Assembly: GCF_009914755.1 (NCBI RefSeq)
Contig: NC_060925.1
Length of the DNA: 64,000 nucleotides
DNA from: the human T2T-CHM13v2.0 reference genome, Homo sapiens
Strand: one strand, 5' to 3'
The position numbers and the translations under genes are program-made. Under the pieces are notes generated by a model, which had not been told where the DNA came from, searched no databases, and saw nothing but the letters and a program-made list of their open reading frames with translations. The stretch's first letter is position 1. Each line of letters starts with the position of its first letter. This document shows positions 14,601 to 30,144 of the stretch, piece by piece.

Positions 14601-17600
14601 TCTAATGGAATTGCATGGAATCATCATAAAATGGAATCGAATGGAATCAACATCAAATGGAATCAAATGGAATCATTGAACGGAATTGAATGGAATCGTC
14701 ATCGAATGAATTGACTGCAATCATCGAATGTTCTCGAATGGAATCATCTTCAAATGGAATGGAATGGAATCATCGCATAGAATCGAATGGAATTATCATC
14801 GAATGGAATCGAATGGAATCAACATCAAACGGAAAAAAACGGAATTATCGTATGGAATCGAAGAGAATCATCAAATGGACCCGAATGGAATCATCTAATG
14901 GAATGGAATGGAATAATCCATGGACTCGAATGCAATCATCATCGAATGAAATCGAATGGAATCATCGAATGGACTCAAATGGAATAATCATTGAACGGAA
15001 TCGAATGGAATCATCATCGGATGGAAATGAATGGAATCATCATCGAATGGAATCGAATAGAATTATGGAATGAAATCCAGTGTGATCATCATCGAATGGA
15101 CCCGAATGGAATCATCATCCAACGGAAGCTAATGGAATCAACATCGAATGAATCGAATGGAAACACCATCGAATTGAAACGAATGGAATTATCATGAAAT
15201 TGAAATGGATGGACTCATCATCGAATGGATTCGAATGGAATCATCGAATAAAATTGATTGAAATCATCATCGAATGGAATCGAATGGTATCATTGAATGG
15301 AATCGAATGGAATCATCATCAGATGGAAATGAATGGAATCGTCATAGAATGGAATCGAATGGATTCATTGAATGGAATCAGATGGAATCATCGAATGGAC
15401 TGGAATGGAATCATTGAATGGACTCGAAAGGGATCATTATTGAATGGAATTGAATGGAATCATCGAATGGTCTCGATTGGAATCATTACCAAATGGAATC
15501 CAATGGAATCACCGAATAGAATCGAATGGAACAATCATCGAATGGACTCAAATGGAATTATCCTCCAATGGAATCGAATGGAATTATCGAATGCAATCGA
15601 ATGGAATTATCGAATGCAATCGAATAGAATCATCGAATGGACTCGAATGGAATCATCGAATGGAATGGAATGGAACAGTCAATGAACTCGAATGGAATCA
15701 TCATTGAATGGAATCGAATGGAATCATCGAGTGGAATCGAATGGAATTATGATCAAATGGAATCGAATGTAATCATCATCAAATGGAATCAAAAATAACC
15801 ATCATCAATTGGTACTGAATGGAATTGTCATCAAATGGAATTCAAAGGAATCATCATCAAATGGAACCGAATGGAATCCTCATTGAATGGAAATGAAAGG
15901 GGTCATCATCTAATGGAATCGCATGGAATCATCATCAAATGGAATCGAATGGAATCATCATCAAATGGAATCTAATGGAATCATTGAACAGAATTGAATG
16001 GAATTGTCATCGAATGAATTGAATGCAATCATCGAATGGTCTCGAATGGAATCATCTTCTAATGGAAAGGAATGGAATCATCGCATAGAATCGAATGGAA
16101 TTATCATCGAATGGAATCGAATGGTATCAACACCAAACGGAAAAAAACGGAATTATCGAATGGAATCGAAGAGAATCTTCGAACGGACCCGAATGGAATC
16201 ATCTAATGGAATGGAATGGAATAATCCATGGACTCGAATGCAATCATCATCGAATGGAATGGAATGGAATCATCGAATGGACTCGAATGGAATAATCATT
16301 GAACGGAATCGAATGGAATCATCATCGGATGGAAACGAATGGAATCATCATCGAATGGAAATGAAAGGAGTCATCATCTAATGGAATTGCATGGAATCAT
16401 CATAAAATGGAATCGAATGGAATCAACATCAAATGGAATCAAATGGAATCATTGAACGGAATTGAATGGAATCGTCATCGAATGAATTGACTGCAATCAT
16501 CGAATGGTCTCGAATGGAATCATCTTCAAATGGAATGGAATGGAATCATCGCATAGAATCGAATGGAATTATCATCGAATGGAATCGAATGGAATCAACA
16601 TCAAACGGAAAAAAACGGAATTATCGAATGGAATCGAAGAGAATCATCGAATGGACCCGAATGGAATCATCTAATGGAATGGAATGGAATAATCCATGGA
16701 CTCGAATGCAATCATCATCGAATGGAATCGAATGGAATCATCGAATGGACTCGAATGGAATAATCATTGAACGGAATCGAATGGAATCATCATCGGATGG
16801 AAATGAATGGAATCATCATCGAATGGAATCGAATAGAATTATGGAATGAAATCCAGTGTGATCATCATCGAATGGACCCGAATGGAATCATCATCCAACG
16901 GAAGCTAATGGAATCAACATCGAATGAATCGAATGGAAACACCATCGAATTGAAACGAATGGAATTATCATGAAATTGAAATGGATGGACTCATCATCGA
17001 ATGGATTCGAATGGAATCATCGAATAAAATTAATTGAAATCATCATCCAATGGAATCGAATGGTATCATTGAATGGAATCGAATGGAATCATCATCAGAT
17101 GGAAATGAATGGAATCGTCATAGAATGGAATCGAATGGATTCATTGAATGGAATCAGATGGAATCATCGAATGGACTGGAATGGAATCATTGAATGGACT
17201 CGAAAGGGATCATTATTGAATGGAATTGAATGGAATCATCGAATGGTCTCGATTGGAATCATTATCAAATGGAATCGAATGGAATCACCGAATAGAATCG
17301 AATGGAACAATCATCGAATGGACTCAAATGGAATTATCCTCCAATGGAATCGAATGGAATTATCGAATGCAATCGAATGGAATTATCGAATGCAATCGAA
17401 TAGAATCATCGAATGGACTCGAATGGAATCATCGAATGGAATGGAATGGAACAGTCAATGAACTCGAATGGAATCATCATTGAATGGAATCGAATGGAAT
17501 CATCGAGTGGAATCGAATGGAATTATGATCAAATGGAATCGAATGTAATCATCATCAAATGGAATCAAAAATAACCATCATCAATTGGTATTGAATGGAA

Positions 17601-17760
17601 TTGTCATCAAATGGAATTCAAAGGAATCATCATCAAATGGAACCGAATGGAATCCTCATTGAATGGAAATGAAAGGGGTCATCATCTAATGGAATCGCAT
17701 GGAATCATCATCAAATGGAATCGAATGGAATCATCATCAAATGGAATCTAATGGAATCAT

Positions 17761-19510
17761 TGAACAGAAATGAATGGAATCGTCATCGAATGAATTGAAT
17801 GCAATCATCGAATGGTCTCGAATGGAATCATCTTCTAATGGAAAGGAATGGAATCATCGCATAGAATCGAATGGAATTATCATCGAATGGAATCGAATGG
17901 TATCAACACCAAACGGAAAAAAACGGAATTATCGAATGGAATCGAAGAGAATCTTCGAACGGACCCGAATGGAATCATCTAATGGAATGGAATGGAATAA
18001 TCCATGGACTCGAATGCAATCATCATCGAATGGAATGGAATGGAATCATCGAATGGACTCGAATGGAATAATCATTGAACGGAATCGAATGGAATCATCA
18101 TCGGATGGAAACGAATGGAATCATCATCGAATGGAAATGAAAGGAGTCATCATCTAATGGAATTGCATGGAATCATCATAAAATGGAATCGAATGGAATC
18201 AACATCAAATGGAATCAAATGGAATCATTGAACGGAATTGAATGGAATCGTCATCGAATGAATTGACTGCAATCATCGAATGGTCTCGAATGGAATCATC
18301 TTCAAATGGAATGGAATGGAATCATCGCATAGAATCGAATGGAATTATCATCGAATGGAATCGAATGGAATCAACATCAAACGGAAAAAAACGGAATTAT
18401 CGAATGGAATCGAAGAGAATCATCGAATGGACCCGAATGGAATCATCTAATGGAATGGAATGGAATAATCCATGGACTCGAATGCAATCATCATCGAATG
18501 GAATCGAATGGAATCATCGAATGGACTCGAATGGAATAATCATTGAACGGAATCGAATGGAATCATCATCGGATAGAAATGAATGGAATCATCATCGAAT
18601 GGAATCGAATATAATTATGGAATGAAATCCAGTGTGATCATCATCGAATGGACCCGAATGGAATCATCATCCAACGGAAGCTAATGGAATCAACATCGAA
18701 TGAATCGAATGGAAACACCATCGAATTGAAACGAATGGAATTATCATGAAATTGAAATGGATGGACTCATCATCGAATGGATTCGAATGGAATCATCGAA
18801 TAAAATTGATTGAAATCATCATCGAATGGAATCGAATGGTATCATTGAATGGAATCGAATGGAATCATCATCAGATGGAAATGAATGGAATCGTCATAAA
18901 ATGGAATCGAATGGATTCATTGAATGGAATCAGATGGAATCATCGAATGGACTGGAATGGAATCATTGAATGGACTCGAAAGGGATCATGATTGAATGGA
19001 ATTGAATGGAATCATCGAATGGTCTCGATTGGAATCATTATCAAATGGAATCGAATGGAATCACCGAATAGAATCGAATGGAACAATCATCGAATGGACT
19101 CAAATGGAATTATCCTCCAATGGAATCGAATGGAATTATCGAATGCAATCGAATGGAATTATCGAATGCAATCGAATAGAATCATCGAATGGACTCGAAT
19201 GGAATCATCGAATGGAATGGAATGGAACAGTCAATGAACTCGAATGGAATCATCATTGAATGGAATCGAATGGAATCATCGAGTGGAATCGAATGGAATT
19301 ATGATCAAATGGAATCGAATGTAATCCTCATCAAATGGAATCAAAAATAACCATCATCAATTGGTATTGAATGGAATTGTCATCAAATGGAATTCAAAGG
19401 AATCATCATCAAATGGAACCGAATGGAATCCTCATTGAATGGAAATGAAAGGGGTCATCATCTAACGGAATCTCATGGAATCATCATCAAATGGAATCTA
19501 ATGGAATCAT
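17761..19510 (+). repeat. Variant unit, 1750 bp (26-bp deletion near 19465-19500)
   Basis: Spacing 17774 to 19524 = 1750. One tcatcatcaaatggaatcgaatggaa sub-repeat is missing after tctaacggaatctcatggaa. Confidence 0.9.
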
Positions 19511-21286
19511 TGAACAGAATTGAATGGAATCGTCATCGAATGAATTGAATGCAATCATCGAATGGTCTCGAATGGAATCATCTTCTAATGGAAAGGAATG
19601 GAATCATCGCATAGAATCGAATGGAATTATCATCGAATGGAATCGAATGGTATCAACACCAAACGGAAAAAAACGGAATTATCGAATGGAATCGAAGAGA
19701 ATCTTCGAACGGACCCGAATGGAATCATCTAATGGAATGGAATGGAATAATCCATGGACTCGAATGCAATCATCATCGAATGGAATGGAATGGAATCATC
19801 GAATGGACTCGAATGGAATAATCATTGAACGGAATCGAATGGAATCATCATCGGATGGAAACGAATGGAATCATCATCGAATGGAAATGAAAGGAGTCAT
19901 CATCTAATGGAATTGCATGGAATCATCATAAAATGGAATCGAATGGAATCAACATCAAATGGAATCAAATGGAATCATTGAACGGAATTGAATGGAATCG
20001 TCATCGAATGAATTGACTGCAATCATCGAATGGTCTCGAATGGAATCATCTTCAAATGGAATGGAATGGAATCATCGCATAGAATCGAATGGAATTATCA
20101 TCGAATGGAATCGAATGGAATCAACATCAAACGGAAAAAAACGGAATTATCGAATGGAATCGAAGAGAATCATCGAATGGACCCGAATGGAATCATCTAA
20201 TGGAATGGAATGGAATAATCCATGGACTCGAATGCAATCATCATCGAATGGAATCGAATGGAATCATCGAATGGACTCGAATGGAATAATCATTGAACGG
20301 AATCGAATGGAATCATCATCGGATGGAAATGAATGGAATCATCATCGAATGGAATCGAATAGAATTATGGAATGAAATCCAGTGTGATCATCATCGAATG
20401 GACCCGAATGGAATCATCATCCAACGGAAGCTAATGGAATCAACATCGAATGAATCGAATGGAAACACCATCGAATTGAAACGAATGGAATTATCATGAA
20501 ATTGAAATGGATGGACTCATCATCGAATGGATTCGAATGGAATCATCGAATAAAATTGATTGAAATCATCATCGAATGGAATCGAATGGTATCATTGAAT
20601 GGAATCGAATGGAATCATCATCAGATGGAAATGAATGGAATCGTCATAGAATGGAATCGAATGGATTCATTGAATGGAATCAGATGGAATCATCGAATGG
20701 ACTGGAATGGAATCATTGAATGGACTCGAAAGGGATCATGATTGAATGGAATTGAATGGAATCATCGAATGGTCTCGATTGGAATCATTATCAAATGGAA
20801 TCGAATGGAATCACCGAATAGAATCGAATGGAACAATCATCGAATGGACTCAAATGGAATTATCCTCAAATGGAATCGAATGGAATTATCGAATGCAATC
20901 GAATGGAATTATCGAATGCAATGGAATAGAATCATCGAAAGGACTCGAATGGAATCATCGAATGGAATGGAATGGAACAGTCAATGAACACGAATGGAAT
21001 CATCATTGAATGGAATCGAATGGAATCATCGAGTGGAATCGAATGGAATTATGATCAAATGGAATCGAATGTAATCATCATCAAATGGAATCAAAAATAA
21101 CCATCATCAATTGGTATTGAATGGAATTGTCATCAAATGGAATTCAAAGGAATCATCATCAAATGGAACCGAATGGAATCCTCATTGAATGGAAATGAAA
21201 GGGGTCATCATCTAATGGAATCGCATGGAATCATCATCAAATGGAATCGAATGGAATCATCATCAAATGGAATCTAATGGAATCAT

Positions 21287-23067
21287 TGAACAGAATTGAA
21301 TGGAATCGTCATCGAATGAATTGAATGCAATCATCGAATGGTCTCGAATGGAATCATCTTCTAATGGAAAGGAATGGAATCATCGCATAGAATCGAATGG
21401 AATTATCATCGAATGGAATCGAATGGTATCAACACCAAACGGAAAAAAACGGAATTATCGAATGGAATCGAAGAGAATCTTCGAACGGACCCGAATGGAA
21501 TCATCTAATGGAATGGAATGGAATAATCCATGGACTCGAATGCAATCATCATCGAATGGAATGGAATGAAATGGAATCATCGAATGGACTCGAATGGAAT
21601 AATCATTGAACGGAATCGAATGGAATCATCATCGGATGGAAACGAATGGAATCATCATCGAATGGAAATGAAAGGAGTCATCATCTAATGGAATTGCATG
21701 GAATCATCATCAAATGGAATCGAATGGAATCAACATCAAATGGAATCAAATGGAATCATTGAACGGAATTGAATGGAATCGTCATCGAATGAATTGACTG
21801 CAATCATCGAATGGTCTCGAATGGAATCATCTTCAAATGGAATGGAATGGAATCATCGCATAGAATCGAATGGAATTATCATCGAATGGAATCGAATGGA
21901 ATCAACATCAAACGGAAAAAAACGGAATTATCGAATGGAATCGAAGAGAATCATCGAATGGACCCGAATGGAATCATCTAATGGAATGGAATGGAATAAT
22001 CCATGGACTCGAATGCAATCATCATCGAATGGAATCGAATGGAATCATCGAATGGACTCGAATGGAATAATCATTGAACGGAATCGAATGGAATCATCAT
22101 CGGATGGAAATGAATGGAATCATCATCGAATGGAATCGAATAGAATTATGGAATGAAATCCAGTGTGATCATCATCGAATGGACCCGAATGGAATCATCA
22201 TCCAACGGAAGCTAATGGAATCAACATCGAATGAATCGAATGGAAACACCATCGAATTGAAACGAATGGAATTATCATGAAATTGAAATGGATGGACTCA
22301 TCATCGAATGGATTCGAATGGAATCATCGAATAAAATTGATTGAAATCATCATCCAATGGAATCGAATGGTATCATTGAATGGAATCGAATGGAATCATC
22401 ATCAGATGGAAATGAATGGAATCGTCATAGAATGGAATCGAATGGATTCATTGAATGGAATCAGATGGAATCATCGAATGGACTGGAATGGAATCATTGA
22501 ATGGACTCGAAAGGGATCATGATTGAATGGAATTGAATGGAATCATCGAATGGTCTCGATTGGAATCATTATCAAATGGAATCGAATGGAATCACCGAAT
22601 AGAATCGAATGGAACAATCATCGAATGGACTCAAATGGAATTATCCTCCAATGGAATCGAATGGAATTATCGAATGCAATCGAATGGAATTATCGAATGC
22701 AATCGAATAGAATCATCGAATGGACTCGAATGGAATCATCGAATGGAATGGAATGGAACAGTCAATGAACTCGAATGGAATCATCATTGAATGGAATCCA
22801 ATGGAATCATCGAGTGGAATCGAATGGAATTATGATCAAATGGAATCGAATGTAATCCTCATCAAATGGAATCAAAAATAACCATCATCAATTGGTATTG
22901 AATGGAATTGTCATCAAATGGAATTCAAAGGAATCATCATCAAATGGAACCGAATGGAATCCTCATTGAATGGAAATGAAAGGGGTCATCATCTAATGGA
23001 ATCGCATGGAATCATCATCAAATGGAATCGAATGGAATCATCATCAAATGGAATCTAATGGAATCAT
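21287..23067 (+). repeat. Variant unit, 1781 bp (+1 pentamer near 21555-21575)
   Basis: Spacing 21300 to 23081 = 1781; sequence reads cgaatggaatggaatgaaatggaatcatcg. Confidence 0.9.
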
Positions 23068-26000
23068 TGAACAGAATTGAATGGAATGGTCATCGAATGA
23101 ATTGAATGCAATCATCGAATGGTCTCGAATGGAATCATCTTCTAATGGAAAGGAATGGAATCATCGCATAGAATCGAATGGAATTATCATCGAATGGAAT
23201 CGAATGGTATCAACACCAAACGGAAAAAAACGGAATTATCGAATGGAATCGAAGAGAATCTTCGAACGGACCCGAATGGAATCATCTAATGGAATGGAAT
23301 GGAATAATCCATGGACTCGAATGCAATCATCATCGAATGGAATGGAATGGAATCATCGAATGGACTCGAATGGAATAATCATTGAACGGAATCGAATGGA
23401 ATCATCATCGGATGGAAACGAATGGAATCATCATCGAATGGAAATGAAAGGAGTCATCATCTAATGGAATTGCATGGAATCATCATCAAATGGAATCGAA
23501 TGGAATCAACATCAAATGGAATCAAATGGAATCATTGAACGGAATTGAATGGAATCGTCATCGAATGAATTGACTGCAATCATCGAATGGTCTCGAATGG
23601 AATCATCTTCAAATGGAATGGAATGGAATCATCGCATAGAATCGAATGGAATTATCATCGAATGGAATCGAATGGAATCAACATCAAACGGAAAAAAACG
23701 GAATTATCGAATGGAATCGAAGAGAATCATCGAATGGACCCGAATGGAATCATCTAATGGAATGGAATGGAATAATCCATGGACTCGAATGCAATCATCA
23801 TCGAATGGAATCGAATGGAATCATCGAATGGACTCGAATGGAATAATCATTGAACGGAATCGAATGGAATCATCATCGGATGGAAATGAATGGAATCATC
23901 ATCGAATGGAATCGAATAGAATTATGGAATGAAATCCAGTGTGATCATCATCGAATGGACCCGAATGGAATCATCATCCAACGGAAGCTAATGGAATCAA
24001 CATCGAATGAATCGAATGGAAACACCATCGAATTGAAACGAATGGAATTATCATGAAATTGAAATGGATGGACTCATCATCGAATGGATTCGAATGGAAT
24101 CATCGAATAAAATTGATTGAAATCATCATCGAATGGAATCGAATGGTATCATTGAATGGAATCGAATGGAATCATCATCAGATGGAAATGAATGGAATCG
24201 TCATAGAATGGAATCGAATGGATTCATTGAATGGAATCAGATGGAATCATCGAATGGACTGGAATGGAATCATTGAATGGACTCGAAAGGGATCATGATT
24301 GAATGGAATTGAATGGAATCATCGAATGGTCTCGATTGGAATCATTATCAAATGGAATCGAATGGAATCACCGAATAGAATCGAATGGAACAATCATCGA
24401 ATGGACTCAAATGGAATTATCCTCAAATGGAATCGAAGGGAATTATCGAATGCAATCGAATGGAATTATCGAATGCAATCGAATACAATCATCGAAAGGA
24501 CTCGAATGGAATCATCGAATGGAATGGAATGGAACAGTCAATGAACTCGAATGGAATCATCATTGAATGGAATCCAATGGAATCATCGAGTGGAATCGAA
24601 TGGAATTATGATCAAATGGAATCTAATGTAATCATCATCAAATGGAATCAAAAATAACCATCATCAATTGGTATTGAATGGAATTGTCATCAAATGGAAT
24701 TCAAAGGAATCATCATCAAATGGAACCGAATGGAGTCCTCATTGAATGGAAATGAAAGGGGTCATCATCTAATGGAATCGCATGGAATCATCATCAAATG
24801 GAATCGAATGGAATCATCATCAAATGGAATCTAATGGAATCATTGAACAGAATTGAATGGAATCGTCATCGAATGAATTGAATGCAATCATCGAATGGTC
24901 TCGAATGGAATCATCTTCTAATGGAAAGGAATGGAATCATCGCATAGAATCGAATGGAATTATCATCGAATGGAATCGAATGGTATCAACACCAAACGGA
25001 AAAAAACGGAATTATCGAATGGAATCGAAGAGAATCTTCGAACGGACCCGAATGGAATCATCTAATGGAATGGAATGGAATAATCCATGGACTCGAATGC
25101 AATCATCATCGAATGGAATGGAATGGAATCATCGAATGGACTCGAATGGAATAATCATTGAACGGAATCGAATGGAATCATCATCGGATGGAAACGAATG
25201 GAATCATCATCGAATGGAAATGAAAGGAGTCATCATCTAATGGAATTGCATGGAATCATCATAAAATGGAATCGAATGGAATCAATATCAAATGGAATCA
25301 AATGGAATCATTGAACGGAATTGAATGGAATCGTCATCGAATGAATTGACTGCAATCATCGAATGGTCTCGAATGGAATCATCTTCAAATGGAATGGAAT
25401 GGAATCATCGCATAGAATCGAATGGAATTATCATCGAATGGAATCGAATGGAATCAACATCAAACGGAAAAAAACGGAATTATCGAATGGAATCGAAGAG
25501 AATCATCGAATGGACCCGAATGGAATCATCTAATGGAATGGAATGGAATAATCCATGGACTCGAATGCAATCATCATCGAATGGAATCGAATGGAATCAT
25601 CGAATGGACTCGAATGGAATAATCATTGAACGGAATCGAATGGAATCATCATCGGATGGAAATGAATGGAATCATCATCGAATGGAATCGAATAGAATTA
25701 TGGAATGAAATCCAGTGTGATCATCATCGAATGTACCCGAATGGAATCATCATCCAACGGAAGCTAATGGAATCAACATCGAATGAATCGAATGGAAACA
25801 CCATCGAATTGAAACGAATGGAATTATCATGAAATTGAAATGGATGGACTCATCATGGAATGGGTTCGAATAGAATCATCGAATAAAATTGATTGAAATC
25901 ATCATCCAATGGAATCGAATGGTATCATTGAATGGAATCGAATGGAATCATCATCAGATGGAAATGAATGGAATCGTCATAGAATGGAATCGAATGGATT

Positions 26001-26619
26001 CATTGAATGGAATCAGATGGAATCATCGAATGGACTGAAATGGAATCATTGAATGGACTCGAAAGGGATCATGATTGAATGGAATTGAATGGAATCATCG
26101 AATGGTCTCGATTGGAATCATTATCAAATGGAATGGAATGGAATCACCGAATAGAATCGAATGGAACAATCATCGAATGGACTCAAATGGAATTATCCTC
26201 CAATGGAATCGAATGGAATTATCGAATGCAATCGAATGGAATTATCGAATGCAATCGAATAGAATCATCGAATGGACTCGAATGGAATCATCGAATGGAA
26301 TGGAATGGAACAGTCAATGAACTCGAATGGAATCATCATTGAATGGAATCGAATGGAATCATCGAGTGGAATCGAATGGAATTATGATCAAATGGAATCG
26401 AATGTAATCATCATCAAATGGAATCAAAAATAACCATCATCAATTGGTATTGAATGGAATTGTCATCAAATGGAATTCAAAGGAATCATCATCAAATGGA
26501 ACCGAATGGAATCCTCATTGAATGGAAATGAAAGGGGTCATCATCTAATGGAATCGCATGGAATCATCATCAAATGGAATCGAATGGAATCATCATCAAA
26601 TGGAATCTAATGGAATCAT

Positions 26620-28368
26620 TGAACAGAAATGAATGGAATCGTCATCGAATGAATTGAATGCAATCATCGAATGGTCTCGAATGGAATCATCTTCTAATGG
26701 AAAGGAATGGAATCATCGCATAGAATCGAATGGAATTATCATCGAATGGAATCGAATGGTATCAACACCAAACGGAAAAAAACGGAATTATCGAATGGAA
26801 TCGAAGAGAATCTTCGAACGGACCCGAATGGAATCATCTAATGGAATGGAATGGAATAATCCATGGACTCGAATGCAATCATCATCGAATGGAATGGAAT
26901 GGAATCATCGAATGGACTCGAATGGAATAATCATTGAACGGAATCGAATGGAATCATCATCGGATGGAAACGAATGGAATCATCATCGAATGGAAATGAA
27001 AGGAGTCATCATCTAATGGAATTGCATGGAATCATCATAAAATGGAATCGAATGGAATCAACATCAAATGGAATCAAATGGAATCATTGAACGGAATTGA
27101 ATGGAATCGTCATCGAATGAATTGACTGCAATCATCGAATGGTCTCGAATGGAATCATCTTCAAATGGAATGGAATGGAATCATCGCATAGAATCGAATG
27201 GAATTATCATCGAATGGAATCGAATGGAATCAACATCAAACGGAAAAAAACGGAATTATCGAATGGAATCGAAGAGAATCATCGAATGGACCCGAATGGA
27301 ATCATCTAATGGAATGGAATGGAATAATCCATGGACTCGAATGCAATCATCATCGAATGGAATCGAATGGAATCATCGAATGGACTCGAATGGAATAATC
27401 ATTGAACGGAATCGAATGGAATCATCATCGGATGGAAATGAATGGAATCATCATCGAATGGAATCGAATAGAATTATGGAATGAAATCCAGTGTGATCAT
27501 CATCGAATGGACCCGAATGGAATCATCATCCAACGGAAGCTAATGGAATCAACATCGAATGAATCGAATGGAAACACCATCGAATTGAAACGAATGGAAT
27601 TATCATGAAATTGAAATGGATGGACTCATCATCGAATGGATTCGAATGGAATTATCGAATAAAATTGATTGAAATCATCATCCAATGGAATCGAATGGTA
27701 TCATTGAATGGAATCGAATGGAATCATCATCAGATGGAAATGAATGGAATCGTCATAGAATGGAATCGAATGGATTATTGAATGGAATCAGATGGAATCA
27801 TCGAATGGACTGGAATGGAATCATTGAATGGACTCGAAAGGGATCATGATTGAATGGAATTGAATGGAATCATCGAATGGTCTCGATTGGAATCATTATC
27901 AAATGGAATCGAATGGAATCACCGAATAGAATCGAATGGAACAATCATAGAATGGACTCAAATGGAATTATCCTCCAATGGAATCGAATGGAATTATCGA
28001 ATGCAATCGAATGGAATTATCGAATGCAATCGAATAGAATCATCGAATGGACTCGAATGGAATCATCGAATGGAATGGAATGGAACAGTCAATGAACTCG
28101 AATGGAATCATCATTGAATGGAATCGAATGGAATCATCGAGTGGAATCGAATGGAATTATGATCAAATGGAATCGAATGTAATCATCATCAAATGGAATC
28201 AAAAATAACCATCATCAATTGGTATTGAATGGAATTGTCATCAAATGGAATTCAAAGGAATCATCATCAAATGGAACCGAATGGAATCCTCATTGAATGG
28301 AAATGAAAGGGGTCATCATCTAACGGAATCGCATGGAATCATCATCAAATGGAATCTAATGGAATCAT
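26620..28368 (+). repeat. Variant unit, 1749 bp (26-bp deletion plus 1-bp deletion)
   Basis: Spacing 26633 to 28382 = 1749. ggattattg at ~27772 replaces consensus ggattcattg. The tctaacgg-linked 26-bp deletion is at ~28322-28360. Confidence 0.9.
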
Positions 28369-30144
28369 TGAACAGAATTGAATGGAATCGTCATCGAATG
28401 AATTGAATGCAATCATCGAATGGTCTCGAATGGAATCATCTTCTAATGGAAAGGAATGGAATCATCGCATAGAATCGAATGGAATTATCATCGAATGGAA
28501 TCGAATGGTATCAACACCAAACGGAAAAAAACGGAATTATCGAATGGAATCGAAGAGAATCTTCGAACGGACCCGAATGGAATCATCTAATGGAATGGAA
28601 TGGAATAATCCATGGACTCGAATGCAATCATCATCGAATGGAATGGAATGGAATCATCGAATGGACTCGAATGGAATAATCATTGAACGGAATCGAATGG
28701 AATCATCATCGGATGGAAACGAATGGAATCATCATCGAATGGAAATGAAAGGAGTCATCATCTAATGGAATTGCATGGAATCATCATAAAATGGAATCGA
28801 ATGGAATCAACATCAAATGGAATCAAATGGAATCATTGAACGGAATTGAATGGAATCGTCATCGAATGAATTGACTGCAATCATCGAATGGTCTCGAATG
28901 GAATCATCTTCAAATGGAATGGAATGGAATCATCGCATAGAATCGAATGGAATTATCATCGAATGGAATCGAATGGAATCAACATCAAACGGAAAAAAAC
29001 GGAATTATCGAATGGAATCGAAGAGAATCATCGAATGGACCCGAATGGAATCATCTAATGGAATGGAATGGAATAATCCATGGACTCGAATGCAATCATC
29101 ATCGAATGGAATCGAATGGAATCATCGAATGGACTCGAATGGAATAATCATTGAACGGAATCGAATGGAATCATCATCGGATGGAAATGAATGGAATCAT
29201 CATCGAATGGAATCGAATAGAATTATGGAATGAAATCCAGTGTGATCATCATCGAATGGACCCGAATGGAATCATCATCCAACGGAAGCTAATGGAATCA
29301 ACATCGAATGAATCGAATGGAAACACCATCGAATTGAAACGAATGGAATTATCATGAAATTGAAATGGATGGACTCATCATCGAATGGATTCGAATGGAA
29401 TCATCGAATAAAATTGATTGAAATCATCATCGAATGGAATCGAATGGTATCATTGAATGGAATCGAATGGAATCATCATCAGATGGAAATGAATGGAATC
29501 GTCATAGAATGGAATCGAATGGATTCATTGAATGGAATCAGATGGAATCATCGAATGGACTGGAATGGAATCATTGAATGGACTCGAAAGGGATCATGAT
29601 TGAATGGAATTGAATGGAATCATCGAATGGTCTCGATTGGAATCATTATCAAATGGAATCGAATGGAATCACCGAATAGAATCGAATGGAACAATCATCG
29701 AATGGACTCAAATGGAATTATCCTCAAATGGAATCGAATGGAATTATCGAATGCAATCCAATGGAATTATCGAATGCAATCGAATAGAATCATCGAATGG
29801 ACTCGAATGGAATCATCGAATGGAATGGAATGGAACAGTCAATGAACTCGAATGGAATCATCATTGAATGGAATCGAATGGAATCATCGAGTGGAATCGA
29901 ATGGAATTATGATCAAATGGAATCGAATGTAATCATCATCAAATGGAATCAAAAATAACCATCATCAATTGGTATTGAATGGAATTGTCATCAAATGGAA
30001 TTCAAAGGAATCATCATCAAATGGAACCGAATGGAATCCTCATTGAATGGAAATGAAAGGGGTCATCATCTAATGGAATCGCATGGAATCATCATCAATT
30101 GGAATCGAATGGAATCATCATCAAATGGAATCTAATGGAATCAT

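Noticed and set aside
27771-27780. Isolated 1-bp deletion (ggattattg)
   Set aside because: It is a singleton that could be a sequencing or consensus error and has no interpretable consequence.
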